In this document: piece after piece, positions 1 to 11,320 of the stretch
Position numbering within the stretch: position 1 is the first letter of the stretch
How the letters are laid out: every line of letters starts with the position of its first letter
NCBI GenBank assembly: GCA_964247055.1
Contig: OZ176054.1
Span: forward strand, 2,170,001-2,203,000
Direction: 5' to 3'
DNA from: Paragordius varius
Taxonomy: Eukaryota; Animalia; Nematomorpha
DNA: 33,000 nt
The notes under the pieces: generated by a model
What the model was told of the DNA's origin: nothing
Seen by the model: only the letters and a program-made list of their open reading frames with translations
Database searches by the model: none
Made by a program: the position numbers and the translations under genes

Positions 1-443
1 TAATTCTTAGATCTTGCAAGACTCTTTTACCTGACAATTTGGTTTAAATTTAACTTAAATGAAAAAAAAATACATAAACGAACTTTGAATTGTTTCCGAT
101 TTTTATCGCGAGGGCTTCTTCATAAACCTAAACTATAATTAATTTATGAATATTATACAAAAAATATTTAATTCGGTATTCGGAATTTAATTTTATTTAT
201 ATACAGTATGCATTTTATTGTCAGTTAAGTATTTTATTGCCAGTCAAATAAAAGAAATGGTTTATCAAATGCGTAAAATACTGCTCCACAAAATTATTTC
301 ATACTGCACATATGAAAGAGGATTGACGTGAGAATTAACATAGGCTTTAATTTGATGGATATTTTTTTATTACATTCGGTCGACACATAAAAAAATTTAT
401 CCATGTAAGTAAATTGATATTTTTTTATATTACATATTTGCAG

Positions 444-3400
444 ATATTTCGTCTTGATACAAATCATACGGCATAAATTGAGTCGAAAAAAGTGTTTTAC
501 CCTCATTGGATTCATTTGGATTTCGGCATTCGCCATTTCGATTCCTAATCTGTTGTATTCACACATCCATACATGGAAATATAGCGATGGCACTAAAAGG
601 ACTGTATGTTACCTGGAGTTTAAACGTGACCGGGATTCTTTAATGTATATAATTTAGGGGTTTTTTTTCCTTTAACGAAATTAAAATTATTATTATATTG
701 AGTTTTTTAATGAAATTATATTATTGTCTAAAAAATGTCGAGAGAGCTAAAAATATTAAAATTGAATTTTGTGTTGACGCGTCCATTTTATGCAAATCAC
801 TTTAAAATGTGTTTTTTGTTTTCAACTATATCGTTTTTTATTATGGGTAAACAAGTAAAAATATCAAAGTTATATGTTTGAAAAATTTTGATAAGAAAAC
901 GCTTATCTAACACTTTATTACCTATTTTGATTTGTATGGCATGAAGAATACTTTTTAAGGCAAAAAATCTCGAAATCTAAAATACGTAATAAATCTAATT
1001 AATGGAATAATAAGATTAGCTTTTACTTTTTATATAATTGTATATTCTAAAATTTCAAGTGCTCAAATCCACCTAAAGGACTAATTTCAAAATAATAATT
1101 TTTAAAAATTTCATTAATTTTATTAAAATACATTTTTATTTGTCAGGTTTTAGCCATTTATTGTGCAACTTATGTTTGATGACATGTTATATTTCGGTAA
1201 TTTTAAATTGTTAATCTTTTTTTAAAAATGCCTCTTTGAAATTTGGTTCACTATCATAAATATTTTTTAGGATATTGTGTGCGATACACCTGATTAAAAC
1301 ATATAAGATTATTTTTTGAAATTTCGGTAGATTTGCTTTCTGCTGCCAAGTAGTGTTTTATGAATTCCATTTTTGAAAATTGTAAAAATACAGTCAATTA
1401 AATATGTAACTAATTAAAATGAAAAATTTTATACATGGCACCAGATATGTGCGCATTAAATCCTCTTTTAGTATTTAAAATACCGAAATTTCCAATGTAT
1501 GTCTCTCGTTAATTGTATTAAGTATATATTACCTCAAATGTTAAAACACTTTTTTACAAAAAATGTTTATATGTGGCTACTCATTTGACATTGTCATAAA
1601 CGAGTATTTTTTTGGAAAAAAAAGCAATTATTCTTGAGTTCAATTAGTTTTAATTAAATTTTTAATTTTGATTTTTTGATATTTAAATCAAATAATTACA
1701 TATTCAAAAGGATACAATGAAATGAAAAATTAAAATTTTAATAATAATGACCTCTGAAGAAATTACCCACATTCTATATAGACAATGATATACTTTATTT
1801 TTTATTTTGTTTAAAAAGCACTAATTCACATTTTCTTTCAAACATGCAACTAATCAAATTTTCTAATTTAAAATAGCTGACGGGCTATAAATACATGTAT
1901 TGATTTTATAGCCCAAAAAGTCCATACAAGCTACATATTTAGCTCGCTTACTTAATATATATACAGTAAAAATTAAAATAATACACGGACAAAATGTAAA
2001 AATATAAAGACAAAATTGTTTTAAAAGATAACCCCAGACGATTTTAAACCTTATTATTTTAAACATTCATTGTTTTAAACTGCAAAGTGTAAAATAAAAT
2101 ATATATTGGTGATAAAATCAATGACATATTTTACGATTGTTAATAAATGCTTTTAATATAAAATAAGGGTTAAAAAGTATTTGTCTTTTGAAAAAAAAAT
2201 TTCTTTATATTTTTACGTTTTTTTCCGTATAATTTTAGTTTTTACTGCATAAAAAATCGGAATTACCAGTTAAAGCCATTTTAATTATTATATCAACAAA
2301 AATTGTAGAAATAATTCATGACAACTTAATCCCAGTAAAAAAACGTTAAAAATCCTGCAAGAGTAATTAATTCATTTTTTTAGACATTAACACGAAATTG
2401 TTGTTTGATGGATATAGTTTTGGCTACATGACTTTAAATTTGCCATAAACGAATCTAAATATTCCATCCTTAAAATTTTTGGTTTTGACTCCTTAACATA
2501 TTTGATTTTTGGTTAAAAACCCCCTGGTCGCCATTTTAAAGGAATTACTACATTTTTTGTCTTATCTTAAGTGTTCAAAATTACATTTTTTTGTTAAAAT
2601 CTATTTTATTTTTATAGATATGATCTCTTCCTTATGGTAGTAACATACTTTATCCCTGTAACGATTTTAGCCGTTGTATATTTCCGTATAGGCCGTATCC
2701 TATGGTCAGCCGAAATTATTGGGGAGCATACGGAAAAACAGCTGTACAACTTGAAATGTAAAAGAAAAGTAACATTTTTTTTACAATTTTCACATTTTGC
2801 TAAGAGCCAAAAAAGAGTTGTAGATATAAAAAACTACATTAATATTTAATTTATTTAATGTGGTTGGACAAAGCTTTTTTTATCTTTTCATTTTAAATTA
2901 AATTTGGATTCAAAGAAGTTAACTACCAAAGATATCTTTTCGTTTCGTTAACTAATGAATTGTTAGTAATCTTATAACGAATTCTAAACTCTATAAGATT
3001 AAAAAATATATATATTAAATAAAGTAATTATGTGACAATATTAAGGAATGATAAGAATATCATTTTGTGTCAACAATTTAATTAATATTCATGTAAGGAG
3101 ATAAGTATACTAATATAAATTAAATTATATCATAATACGTATTCTTGAGCATATCACCTATAAACATGTTTATATATGACTTAAGAAAAAATAAACTAAA
3201 AGTCAAATGTAAAATCCATGTAAACACTGACTGTTTTAAATCAATAACTTTTTTATATGCTAGAAAAATTAAATTTTAATCTATAAAAACGTGATTAAAA
3301 TATTGTTTATAATTTCGCGCGATTTGGCCGGGCTTGAATAGAAAACTGATTTAATATTTGAGGAGTCACGCTCCAATCAATAATTGGAATGCGACAAAAA

Positions 3401-5334
3401 ATCTATATTTTAACTTATTTCTTTGTGCTTACCTTTTATTGAAAATATTGTTGCATAAAAAATAATAAAGTTAAGAAGAAACATTTTTTCCATTTTTTAG
3501 TGCTAATTTGAGATTTACAAAAGAGACATATATATTTATCTGAAAAATATTATCACAATACATGTGATGAAGAACAAAAAGCCTTTTGTAAACATTTCTT
3601 TGCTTATATACATATTGGTCTCATAGCTAAAACTTGAAGGCTTTTACTAGATTCGGGCTAGATATCTAATTAAACTTGGCTTATAATTATAGGCTAAAAA
3701 TCAATTTAAAAAATAAATTAAGTTTTAAGTCTATACTTTATGTTTATAAGTCAGTAGTTTTTATGTCAAATTTGCAATAACTAATTCATATGACTGTAAG
3801 CCAATCCATCTCTTTTGAAATATATAATACATCAAATTTGCACATAAAACTCAAATTTTATGGATACATTCGTTACAATTAATCCATGGCGTTATATATC
3901 ATGGATACTAATATATTATTTTTCTAGGTTGTTAAAATGATGATATTGGTTACCAGTATTTTTGCAATTTGCTATCTTCCATACCAAACATATTTTTTGC
4001 TTCAAAAAATTTATCCCAGAATCACTCAACATGCCGCTACACAACACGTCTTCCTAATACTCTATTGGTTTGCAATGAGCAATTCCATGTACAATCCATT
4101 CGTTTATTGTTGGTTAAATGGCAGGTACAATATATCTATATAAATTATTTTTTTTCTTTTTTTGCTCCAAATTTGCATATCGGTTGAGTGAAATTGCTCC
4201 AAATTTGCATATCGGTTAATTGATATAATTTTTATTTGAGTATACATTCGAGCATAAAGTGATTAATGAAAAAAAGCTTTTCGTTGTTTTGAAGTCTAAT
4301 TTTACAATTTATTAAACATTTGTTATTCCCAAAAAACCAATAAATGAGAAATTTAAACCAATAAACTTTAATTTATAATTTAGAAATTCATTTTCCAACC
4401 TTCTATCAACTATAATTTACAAAAAACGTTTTAAAAATAATATGATCAAAGTGTCATTATCAAATCCCAACTTTATAAAAAGATTATAAGTTTTTTTTTG
4501 GAAATATATAATAAACAATTCGAATTTCGCTAACTTTATCCGATATTGCCGGTTTTTAAAAATTGTTTATAATTCAATACGTTTTCTACCATTTTATCGT
4601 ATTTTGGCCTTTTCGTTGTTTTGAAAAAATCCCGAGGATTATATGGTGAATAAAAACCCCCAATTTGTAAATATCACAGTTTTCAAACGGTCCCTCATCC
4701 TCCATGGATTAATTTGATACTGACTGAATTTAAATACTTACTATAATATATCATTCCCAGGTTTCGAAATGGCTTTAAGTATGCTTTCCGATGGTGTCCT
4801 TTCATTCATGCGGAGGCGCGACCACGAACATCAAGCGAATCTTTTTACAGCAAAAACACAATCAATCGCACAGTATCCGCCGAAATTGGTAAGGAAGCTA
4901 AAGACCGCTCAGTTTCTTCACCCACCAATGAAAATGGCTATATTCCAAACCAAAGCATTGGACCAAATGTTAAGTATGGACCTCGACTCACGATCCCAGG
5001 AACGTACAATACTAGCAGCCATAGTAAAATTGTATCGAACAAAGGACGGGCCAAAAAAGATGAAAAAACCCTGGTTATAAATTATTTCGGCGATAAAAGC
5101 TCAACTCCCTTCCTATCTAATCCTGGTAATAACACTCTTCATGCATGCAAAAAATATCTAGTCCTATCTCCCAAAAAGTTAAGCATTTTTAATTCCTTCA
5201 CCGCAAATAAACCAAAAACATTAAAGGTAACACGCAAAAACAATGCACATTATAAAAGTTTATATTTGCAAACCGGATTACCAGAAAATGATTTGAATAA
5301 TTTTATACCAAGTAATACCAGCAAATCTATCTAA
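444..5334 (+). CDS. Tachykinin-type neuropeptide receptor (rhodopsin-class GPCR), 5'-partial; exons 444-644, 2618-2768, 3928-4124, 4761-5334
   Basis: GT-AG junctions are phase-consistent. Translation runs from the end of TM3 ((R)YFVL) through TM4, TM5 (YFIPVTIL..VY), TM6 (FAICYLPYQ) and TM7 (WFAMSNSMYNPFVYCWLNG|RFRNGFKYAFRWCPF). The TM7-helix 8 segment closely resembles insect TkR99D and vertebrate TACR receptors. The last exon is open for 191 codons to TAA at 5332-5334. TM1-TM3 lie upstream of the window. Confidence 0.9.
4162..4217. repeat. Perfect 24-nt direct repeat (ttgctccaaatttgcatatcggtt x2, 8-nt spacer)
   Basis: Copies at 4162-4185 and 4194-4217, in the GPCR intron just after the 4125 donor. 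Confidence 0.9.
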
Positions 5335-6449
5335 CATCAACAAAGAAAGTGTCCAAAACTAATATTTTTATATTTGTTTTATAATTTTATTAGCTATCTG
5401 TGATAATATGCATAAGTCCAATATTTTTCGGCCAAATGACAGACTCATACAAATAATATTTTATTTTAAACCATAAAATAAATTAATTAACATATTGAAT
5501 ATTAATGCAAAAATAATTAGTAAATTGATTTTAGTTAAGAATAGGGTCTATACTATAAATATTTGTGCACAATCGCAACTTTTGTTTTAAAATAATGTCA
5601 CAACACAGTGCAGAAAATGAGGGGATAAAAAATCCAGATAAAAGAAATATAAGAGATTAAAACAGATTCTTATGCTTCTTTATTTGGGTTTACAAGTTTT
5701 TATTTCCATTTATGCTATAACCATATCCATATGTGGCCAAATTACCGCGCATTCATAAGATTTTTTTTAGTTTAATTTTACCCAAAATATCTGCTTAAAT
5801 GTTTTAAAAATATATTTAAAAAGCAAAACAATATTTGTATTAAATTTTAAAGATGTGGGCTCCTAATAAATTTTCTAGACCCCGTTATGGGCTAGTTTCT
5901 ACAAAATTAACGCAAAACTGGGATTGCCCGATAACAAATTTTTAATATATACTAGAATGAGTAAAAAGTTAGTTTTTATAACTCAGCTTTTTTAAAAATT
6001 TTGTCAAAGCAAAATCGACGGGGCAGAACATTTCAATCACTTCACACATCAATATGCTTTTTAATTTTCAATACTTTATGGAAAAAAACAATTATATCCA
6101 ACTTTTATTGCCTAAGGAATATTTTAATTTAAATTCTGAGGTGATAGAAATGTTTAGGATCAACAAGCTATATAATATGTCATTTATAATATCTCTAAGC
6201 ATGTTTTTACCGTAACCATACTTCAAAATATCATAAAATACTCTTCATAAAATTTTGGTAAAAATAAATTTATTAACATTATCTTTTGGGGTAGATTCAT
6301 GTCTCAGCCCCATATAAAATTTAAATATCTTAAAAAGTATTTTTAACATTCCATTATGAAGTAGTTTTATATCTTGAATTTTGATCTTAAAAAGTATTTA
6401 AGACCCGTATTATATGATTGCTTTAGTCTTTTAGTCGCATTATACATAA

Positions 6450-6730
6450 TCTTTTTTTGAAATGTAAAATAAAAAAATCCTTATCTTTTTCGCTGCAATT
6501 TTTTTAAATCGCAAATAAAACTGGCAAATAAACGCATATTACGGTTAGAAAATTAAATGATTAACTTTTAAAAGCTTAGAAAATATTTTTCTAGAATATT
6601 TTTGATATATGATTTAAAAATCAGCTATTTGCCTCAGTCATGTTTTGGAGCTATCCGAATTCGGGACTCTAGAAGTCAAAAAACCGAAAAGGTTATTTTA
6701 AATGGGGTTTTATCCCTTACGAGTGATAGA
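6450..6730 (+). repeat. Diverged interspersed repeat, copy 1 (pairs with ~12650-12950)
   Basis: Collinear shared blocks: aaatgtaaaa..aaatccttatc, ttttttaaatcgc, gcaaataaa, gttagaaaat, ttaactttaaaa(a)gctt, atcagct.ttt, ttttggagct.tcc. Boundaries are approximate. Confidence 0.55.
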
Positions 6731-7479
6731 AAGTTATATATACTTTTGTAAATGATTTATATCAGAAAATGGCTAAATTTGTGCACATTTTGTTAAATAA
6801 ATTTTTTTGTAAGCTAAATGCTTCACTCAAAAAAGTTCACTAATATACATAAAAAAGCAAAAAATATTTTTATAAAATAATTATTAGATATAGTAAAAAC
6901 ATTTCTCATATGATATCAACTAAAATTTTTTTTAAAAAAATGCATTTTTTTAAAAAATTAATTTTTTAGCAAACTATAGTGGTTTACTCAAAACTAACCT
7001 GTTTTCATAGGCATAGTTAAAGCAATTTTCGATGATGGAAATGGTTTTAAAACGCTTTAAGCTATGAACAAAACTTTTTCTAAATAATAAGAGGATGCAA
7101 ATCATTTCTATCATCTCAGAAAAGGTTTGTTTTTCAAATTTGGGATGATTTGTGTACTAAAACAAAATTTATATTATCATAAAGTTAGAGACCAAAATAT
7201 TTTAATCAAAATTTGATAGAAATGTTCAGTATCATCAAAATATAGAAAAGGTGTTTAATATCTTAATGCGTTATTATACCATTTCCAACAAGCCTTAAAA
7301 TAGTATATCAAGTATGCTTCTAACACTTAAAAAAATTTTGAGTATGCTTTTAAAAATATCAAAATTGGGCATATATTTAAAATATTTAAGTTATATCGGC
7401 GTTTTTGCGTTTTTTATTGGAGTTAAAATATTTTATTAAATTATTTTACATTTTATTTTTAGTTTATGATACAATTTAG

Positions 7480-7625
7480 TGATATGTTTTGGAAGCACTT
7501 CGCTTTGACCAATATTCTTTTAACAAAATGTGTTGCCATTTTTTGATATGGAGCACTTAACAAATACTATGGAAATAAGTTAAGAACTTAACCCAAAAGC
7601 CGCATGATAGTTCTGGTACCTATCA

Positions 7626-7628
<3 letters not shown>
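7480..7628 (-). mobile_element. Possible 5' remnant of a mariner element
   Basis: The minus strand reads WQHILLKEYWSKRSASKTYH, similar to the mariner N-terminal RHILLYEF..GK.A.EA. It is preceded by a TIR-like ggtaccagaactatcatgcggcttttg next to a (TA)n tract. Weak, by-eye similarity only. Confidence 0.3.

Positions 7629-7663
<35 letters not shown>
7628..7663. repeat. (TA)n microsatellite
   Basis: About 17 uninterrupted TA units. Confidence 0.95.
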
Positions 7664-7665
<2 letters not shown>

Positions 7666-8013
7666 ACAGAATATTTTTATACCCCCCTAAATTTTGAACG
7701 TAGTGCATATGCAATCTATGGCTTTTATGTGCATTGTTCTAAAATATTTGATATTTATAATTGTAAAATAATTCCTATCCCAAATGCCGTCAAACTTTTC
7801 CTTGTTACAGCTCTTATTAATTTCTTTTTATCATATATCCAAATTTTAGAATTGAAAAGTTGAAAATAAATTGAAATAATATTTTTATAAATATAAGTTG
7901 AGATAATTATATTTAAGTTTTAATTTATTTTACTAAAATTTTTTTGAAAAACATTTTAAAATGCATTTATAAAAGATGCAAAAAATATTATATGCAATGA
8001 TTACGTATTCTAG

Positions 8014-8368
8014 AAAGTATTAAATCGTTCTATGGAACCTATAAAGGAAAATAATAAATTAAAAAGTGAATCAAAAAATAAAAAAGAAGGGTCGAAACAT
8101 GGTGAGTTAATAAAATTATTTAGATATTATCCGAATATCTAACGGCCGATATCAACCGATTCCGAAAAATTCAGTGCTTTTAGAAACCTCCAAAGCTAAT
8201 ATCGAATCGCAATCGGGGAACGAAGCAGATAAAAATGAAGTACGAATATATATAAACTAGATCAATAATTTATTACCCGAAAATCATTTGGAAATTAATA
8301 AACAAATGGAACATATTTTCAAAGAGATCGATAAAAATTACACGAAAAATAATTGTCAAATATTGTGA
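8014..8368 (+). CDS. Orphan low-complexity ORF; exons 8014 (or ATG 8032)-8101, 8124-8239, 8261-8368, joined by 22-nt and 21-nt introns
   Basis: Removing gtgagttaataaaattatttag (8102-8123) and gtacgaatatatataaactag (8240-8260) gives a continuous frame: (KVLNRS)MEPIKENNKLKSESKNKKEGSKHDIIRISNGRYQPIPKNSVLLETSKANIESQSGNEADKNEINNLLPENHLEINKQMEHIFKEIDKNYTKNNCQIL*. Unspliced, each junction leads to a stop. No family recognised. Confidence 0.55.
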
Positions 8369-8414
8369 AAATAATTTAAACCATCTGATCAATCGATAAA
8401 AGTTTAGGTATCGC

Positions 8415-8658
8415 ATGAGTGCCTTATTTAATTTTCGTAGTTTGTTAATTGTGATAGTTTTATTTATATGTACATCAAAATACATCAAAAAGTTTTTGCC
8501 GACTCTAATAAATAAGAACAAAGGAGGGTAAAACAAAAATTTATTTTAGATTATATACAACTATTTGGAAAGCATCCCGTATTGGTGAAAGACTTAGTTT
8601 ATACGTTTCATTCAGTTGTTTATGTTTGGGATTAAGCGTTTTATTATGGGGTATTTGA
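8415..8658 (+). CDS. TMEM167: Protein kish (TMEM167 family, small Golgi membrane protein); exons 8415-8527, 8550-8658
   Basis: Spliced product [38 protein letters not shown]|[35 protein letters not shown] (73 aa) matches the kish consensus (MSAIFNFQSLL.VILL.ICTC.Y...NK.G..G.FWK.ARIGER.SPYV) end to end. Confidence 0.93.
8528..8549 (+). other. 22-nt GT-AG intron in kish
   Basis: Sequence gtaaaacaaaaatttattttag. Retention gives an immediate TAA and a frameshift; removal restores the conserved NK.G-..WK..RIGER continuity. Confidence 0.9.
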
Positions 8659-9011
8659 TCAATCATTTACATTAGATTGAAACAATTAAATATTTTTAGC
8701 CTTTAATCTTGGAAATGCAGATTAATATATATTTTTAGAAATTATATTTTTATTATATGCACAATATTATAATAAATTTAAACAATATTCTATGTATTCC
8801 TTAATTTTAATTATTATTCAATCATATTATTTAAATATTCTAGCACATATCATTAATCTGACTTAAAGACATTTTTCATTGCAAACGTTTTAAAATAGCA
8901 AGTTGACAATAGTATAAATGATTATAAAAAAATAATATTTATTATGGCTAGCTTAAAAGTTACCATTTTGTAAATAGCATTACTTGCTAGAATAGTACAA
9001 CTATCTTATAT

Positions 9012-9300
9012 ATGAAAGGCGAAGGTCAGGCGGAGGTATATTGTACGGGGCCCCCTTTTAATAATGGTCCAAATGCAACAAAATCATTGAGTGGCTATTA
9101 TTATTTGAATAATCAATACACCAAAATAATATTAGTTTCTCTGAGATTGAAAATAAAAATATTTTATTCGTATTTCCACCGAATAGTTGGAAAACTGATC
9201 CGAATTAAGGCCAGACGGATTTTTTGCAAAGTCTTTCAAGATACCAGCGAATAAATGTGGAATAATATCTGAAATATTGTATATTCCCATCATAATAAAC
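9012..9300 (+). mobile_element. Possible highly degenerate pogo-like (DDE_1) transposase remnant
   Basis: Fragments across frames (NILFVFPPNSWKTDP; PDGFFAKSFK) resemble the FxPPxxSHxLQPLDxxxFxxFK motif. Several frameshifts are needed. Confidence 0.22.
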
Positions 9301-9421
9301 TTGGATTAACGGCAACCTATAATAATAATTAGTTCATTAATCATGCACTTTTCGCTTTTAGAAATGAGGTCCTAATATTAAACACCCTTAAAATTGCAGC
9401 TACTTTCACCAAAATAATAAA

Positions 9422-9455
<34 letters not shown>

Positions 9456-9459
<4 letters not shown>

Positions 9460-9733
9460 ATTTACAATTTAAATCCACCCTGGAACATTTCGAATCATTC
9501 CTGAACAATTCAAACTCACCCTAAAAAAATATTTGTTTTCGGGATAATATAACTCTTCATTAATATTAAATAATTTTTACGACATAGTTTATTATTTTTT
9601 CAGCATTACATTAATTTTAAACAGAATTTCATATTTTAATATTATTAAATAAAGGTAATATTTAATCGTAAAAAACACATAATTTAATTTAGGGTAAATT
9701 TGATTTTTCAAGGGTGAATTTGAACGAATGGTA
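9456..9733 (-). mobile_element. MITE family A, copy 1
   Basis: Starts taccatttaca directly after a (TA)n run at 9426-9456, has decayed 21-nt subterminal repeats and ends gaatggta. Interior is the reverse complement of copies 3 and 4. Confidence 0.8.
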
Positions 9734-10825
9734 CATAAAATTTTTGTTCCATATCTATGAATATATTTTGGAGTAATATTTATATTACACGGTTAAATTT
9801 CAATTAAAATAAAAAAATGCCTATTAGCTATAAATGATTGTTAAAAACTATATATATTGAACAAACAACAGTTTTTAATTTTCTACCGATTAAAATTTGG
9901 GTATTTAAAGGCTGAAACAAACAGTTGATTTAATTTAAAATTTGCTGTCATAACCTTTTTATTGATTGAGAAGGTTGAATAATTTTTAATTATATTTATA
10001 ATATATTTTAAGTCAGTACTTTAGCCATTTAGTAAAAAATCCAGAAATAACTTGGCGGAAAAAGTTTTAGTTGGTGAATGTTCAAAATATGGCTTTAAAA
10101 CTGCATTTGAAAAGTCACAGAATGGATATTTTAATTTGGTCCAATATCATATTTTTGAGAGAATTACACTCGCTGATGCAATAACCCAAATCATAATAAG
10201 CGATTTTTTTCTCACAATTTAAATAATGGAACTGAAAAAAAAATTTGTTTATGGCATCAGACATGTAAATTAAATCGCTTTTTACTATTTAAAATACTCA
10301 AATGTCCAATAACTTTCGATAATATATACCACTCAAATACTATGAATTTTATATATTTTTAATATTTTTTGGAATATTTTCCAGATGCATTGTTTATAAC
10401 ATAAATTTATAAAATTAACTAGGTGACTTAGATTGTTTTTAAATATGTTAAAATTAGCCAATATGAGAATAAAAATACTCAAATGTATAATTACGGAGTT
10501 AAAAAAATCATATCTTGTAATAAATGAAAAATTAATTATTGATTTTATGAAATATATTGGATATCATGTGCCAAAAATAAATACAACAATTTTTAAGGTA
10601 AAATAATTAATATATAAAATAAATGCAGGTAAAATAGACAGAATATTTTTATTTATTATTATGACATGTTTTACCTCTATGATTTTTGTGTGCCGCAAAA
10701 TATTTTCAATAAAAACTTTTTTGTAAATCCTACAAAATTTTCTGCCAATCCGCCATATTCGAATATCACGAATGTCAATACAAAAATAAGGTATATCAGA
10801 ATCTATATTTCGTGTTATATTTATA

Positions 10826-11085
10826 TACCATTTACAATTCAAATTACCCTTGAACAATTCATATTCACCCTAATAATAAATTAGGTGTTTTCGGGCTAAT
10901 ATAAATCATTATTAATAAGAAATATATTCTTATGGTTGGTTTATTACTTTTTCAGTTTTATATTAATTTTAAACGTAATTTTTTTTTATTATATAAAAAA
11001 ATATTGGTAATTTTTAAATTTAAAAACATATTTCTTTTAGGGTGAATTCGAATTGTTTAAGGGTGAATTTTAACTGTAAATAGTA
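10826..11085 (-). mobile_element. MITE family A, copy 2
   Basis: TIRs taccatttacaattcaaatt... and ...gggtgaattttaactgtaaatagta; same orientation as copy 1. Confidence 0.85.
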
Positions 11086-11320
11086 TATTCAATTTTGTAA
11101 TATCTAAATACTTCTTGGAGATATTCTGATGATTCAATAAAAATATTTAAGAAACCAAACTTATTATACAAAATATATCCAATTCTCGCTTTCTTTCAGC
11201 TAAATTTGACATATATGAAAAAATTATAACACCCATATCGTATTTTAAAATGAATATAAAATGGAAAATGCTTTGTATGGGATTTTAGTGTACATTGTAT
11301 ATTAGGATCCATGATATTTA

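Noticed and set aside
4889-4912. Possible 24-nt micro-intron (gtaagg...ctcag) in the GPCR last exon
   Set aside because: In frame, stop-free, purine- and GC-rich, unlike the AT-only confirmed micro-introns; not needed for the frame.
4769-5080. 103-aa ORF overlapping the GPCR last exon in another frame (dual coding?)
   Set aside because: The receptor frame carries the conserved RFRNGFK..FRWCP motif; the alternative frame has no homology and is an expected by-product of a GC-richer exon.
6134-7225. Recurrent tgatagaaatg motif (about 6141 +, 7103-7113 -, 7215 +) as the TIR of a 1-kb element
   Set aside because: The match is only ~20 nt and does not extend outward; no target-site duplication is identifiable.
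10677-11210. Polycystin (PKD2/PKD1L)-like reading RKREL..IIKYLQEILIYLIFVLTFVIFEYG on the minus strand
   Set aside because: It needs hand-picked junctions, hits a stop before a usable donor, has no further polycystin motifs nearby, and AT-rich DNA readily yields I/L/F/Y runs.
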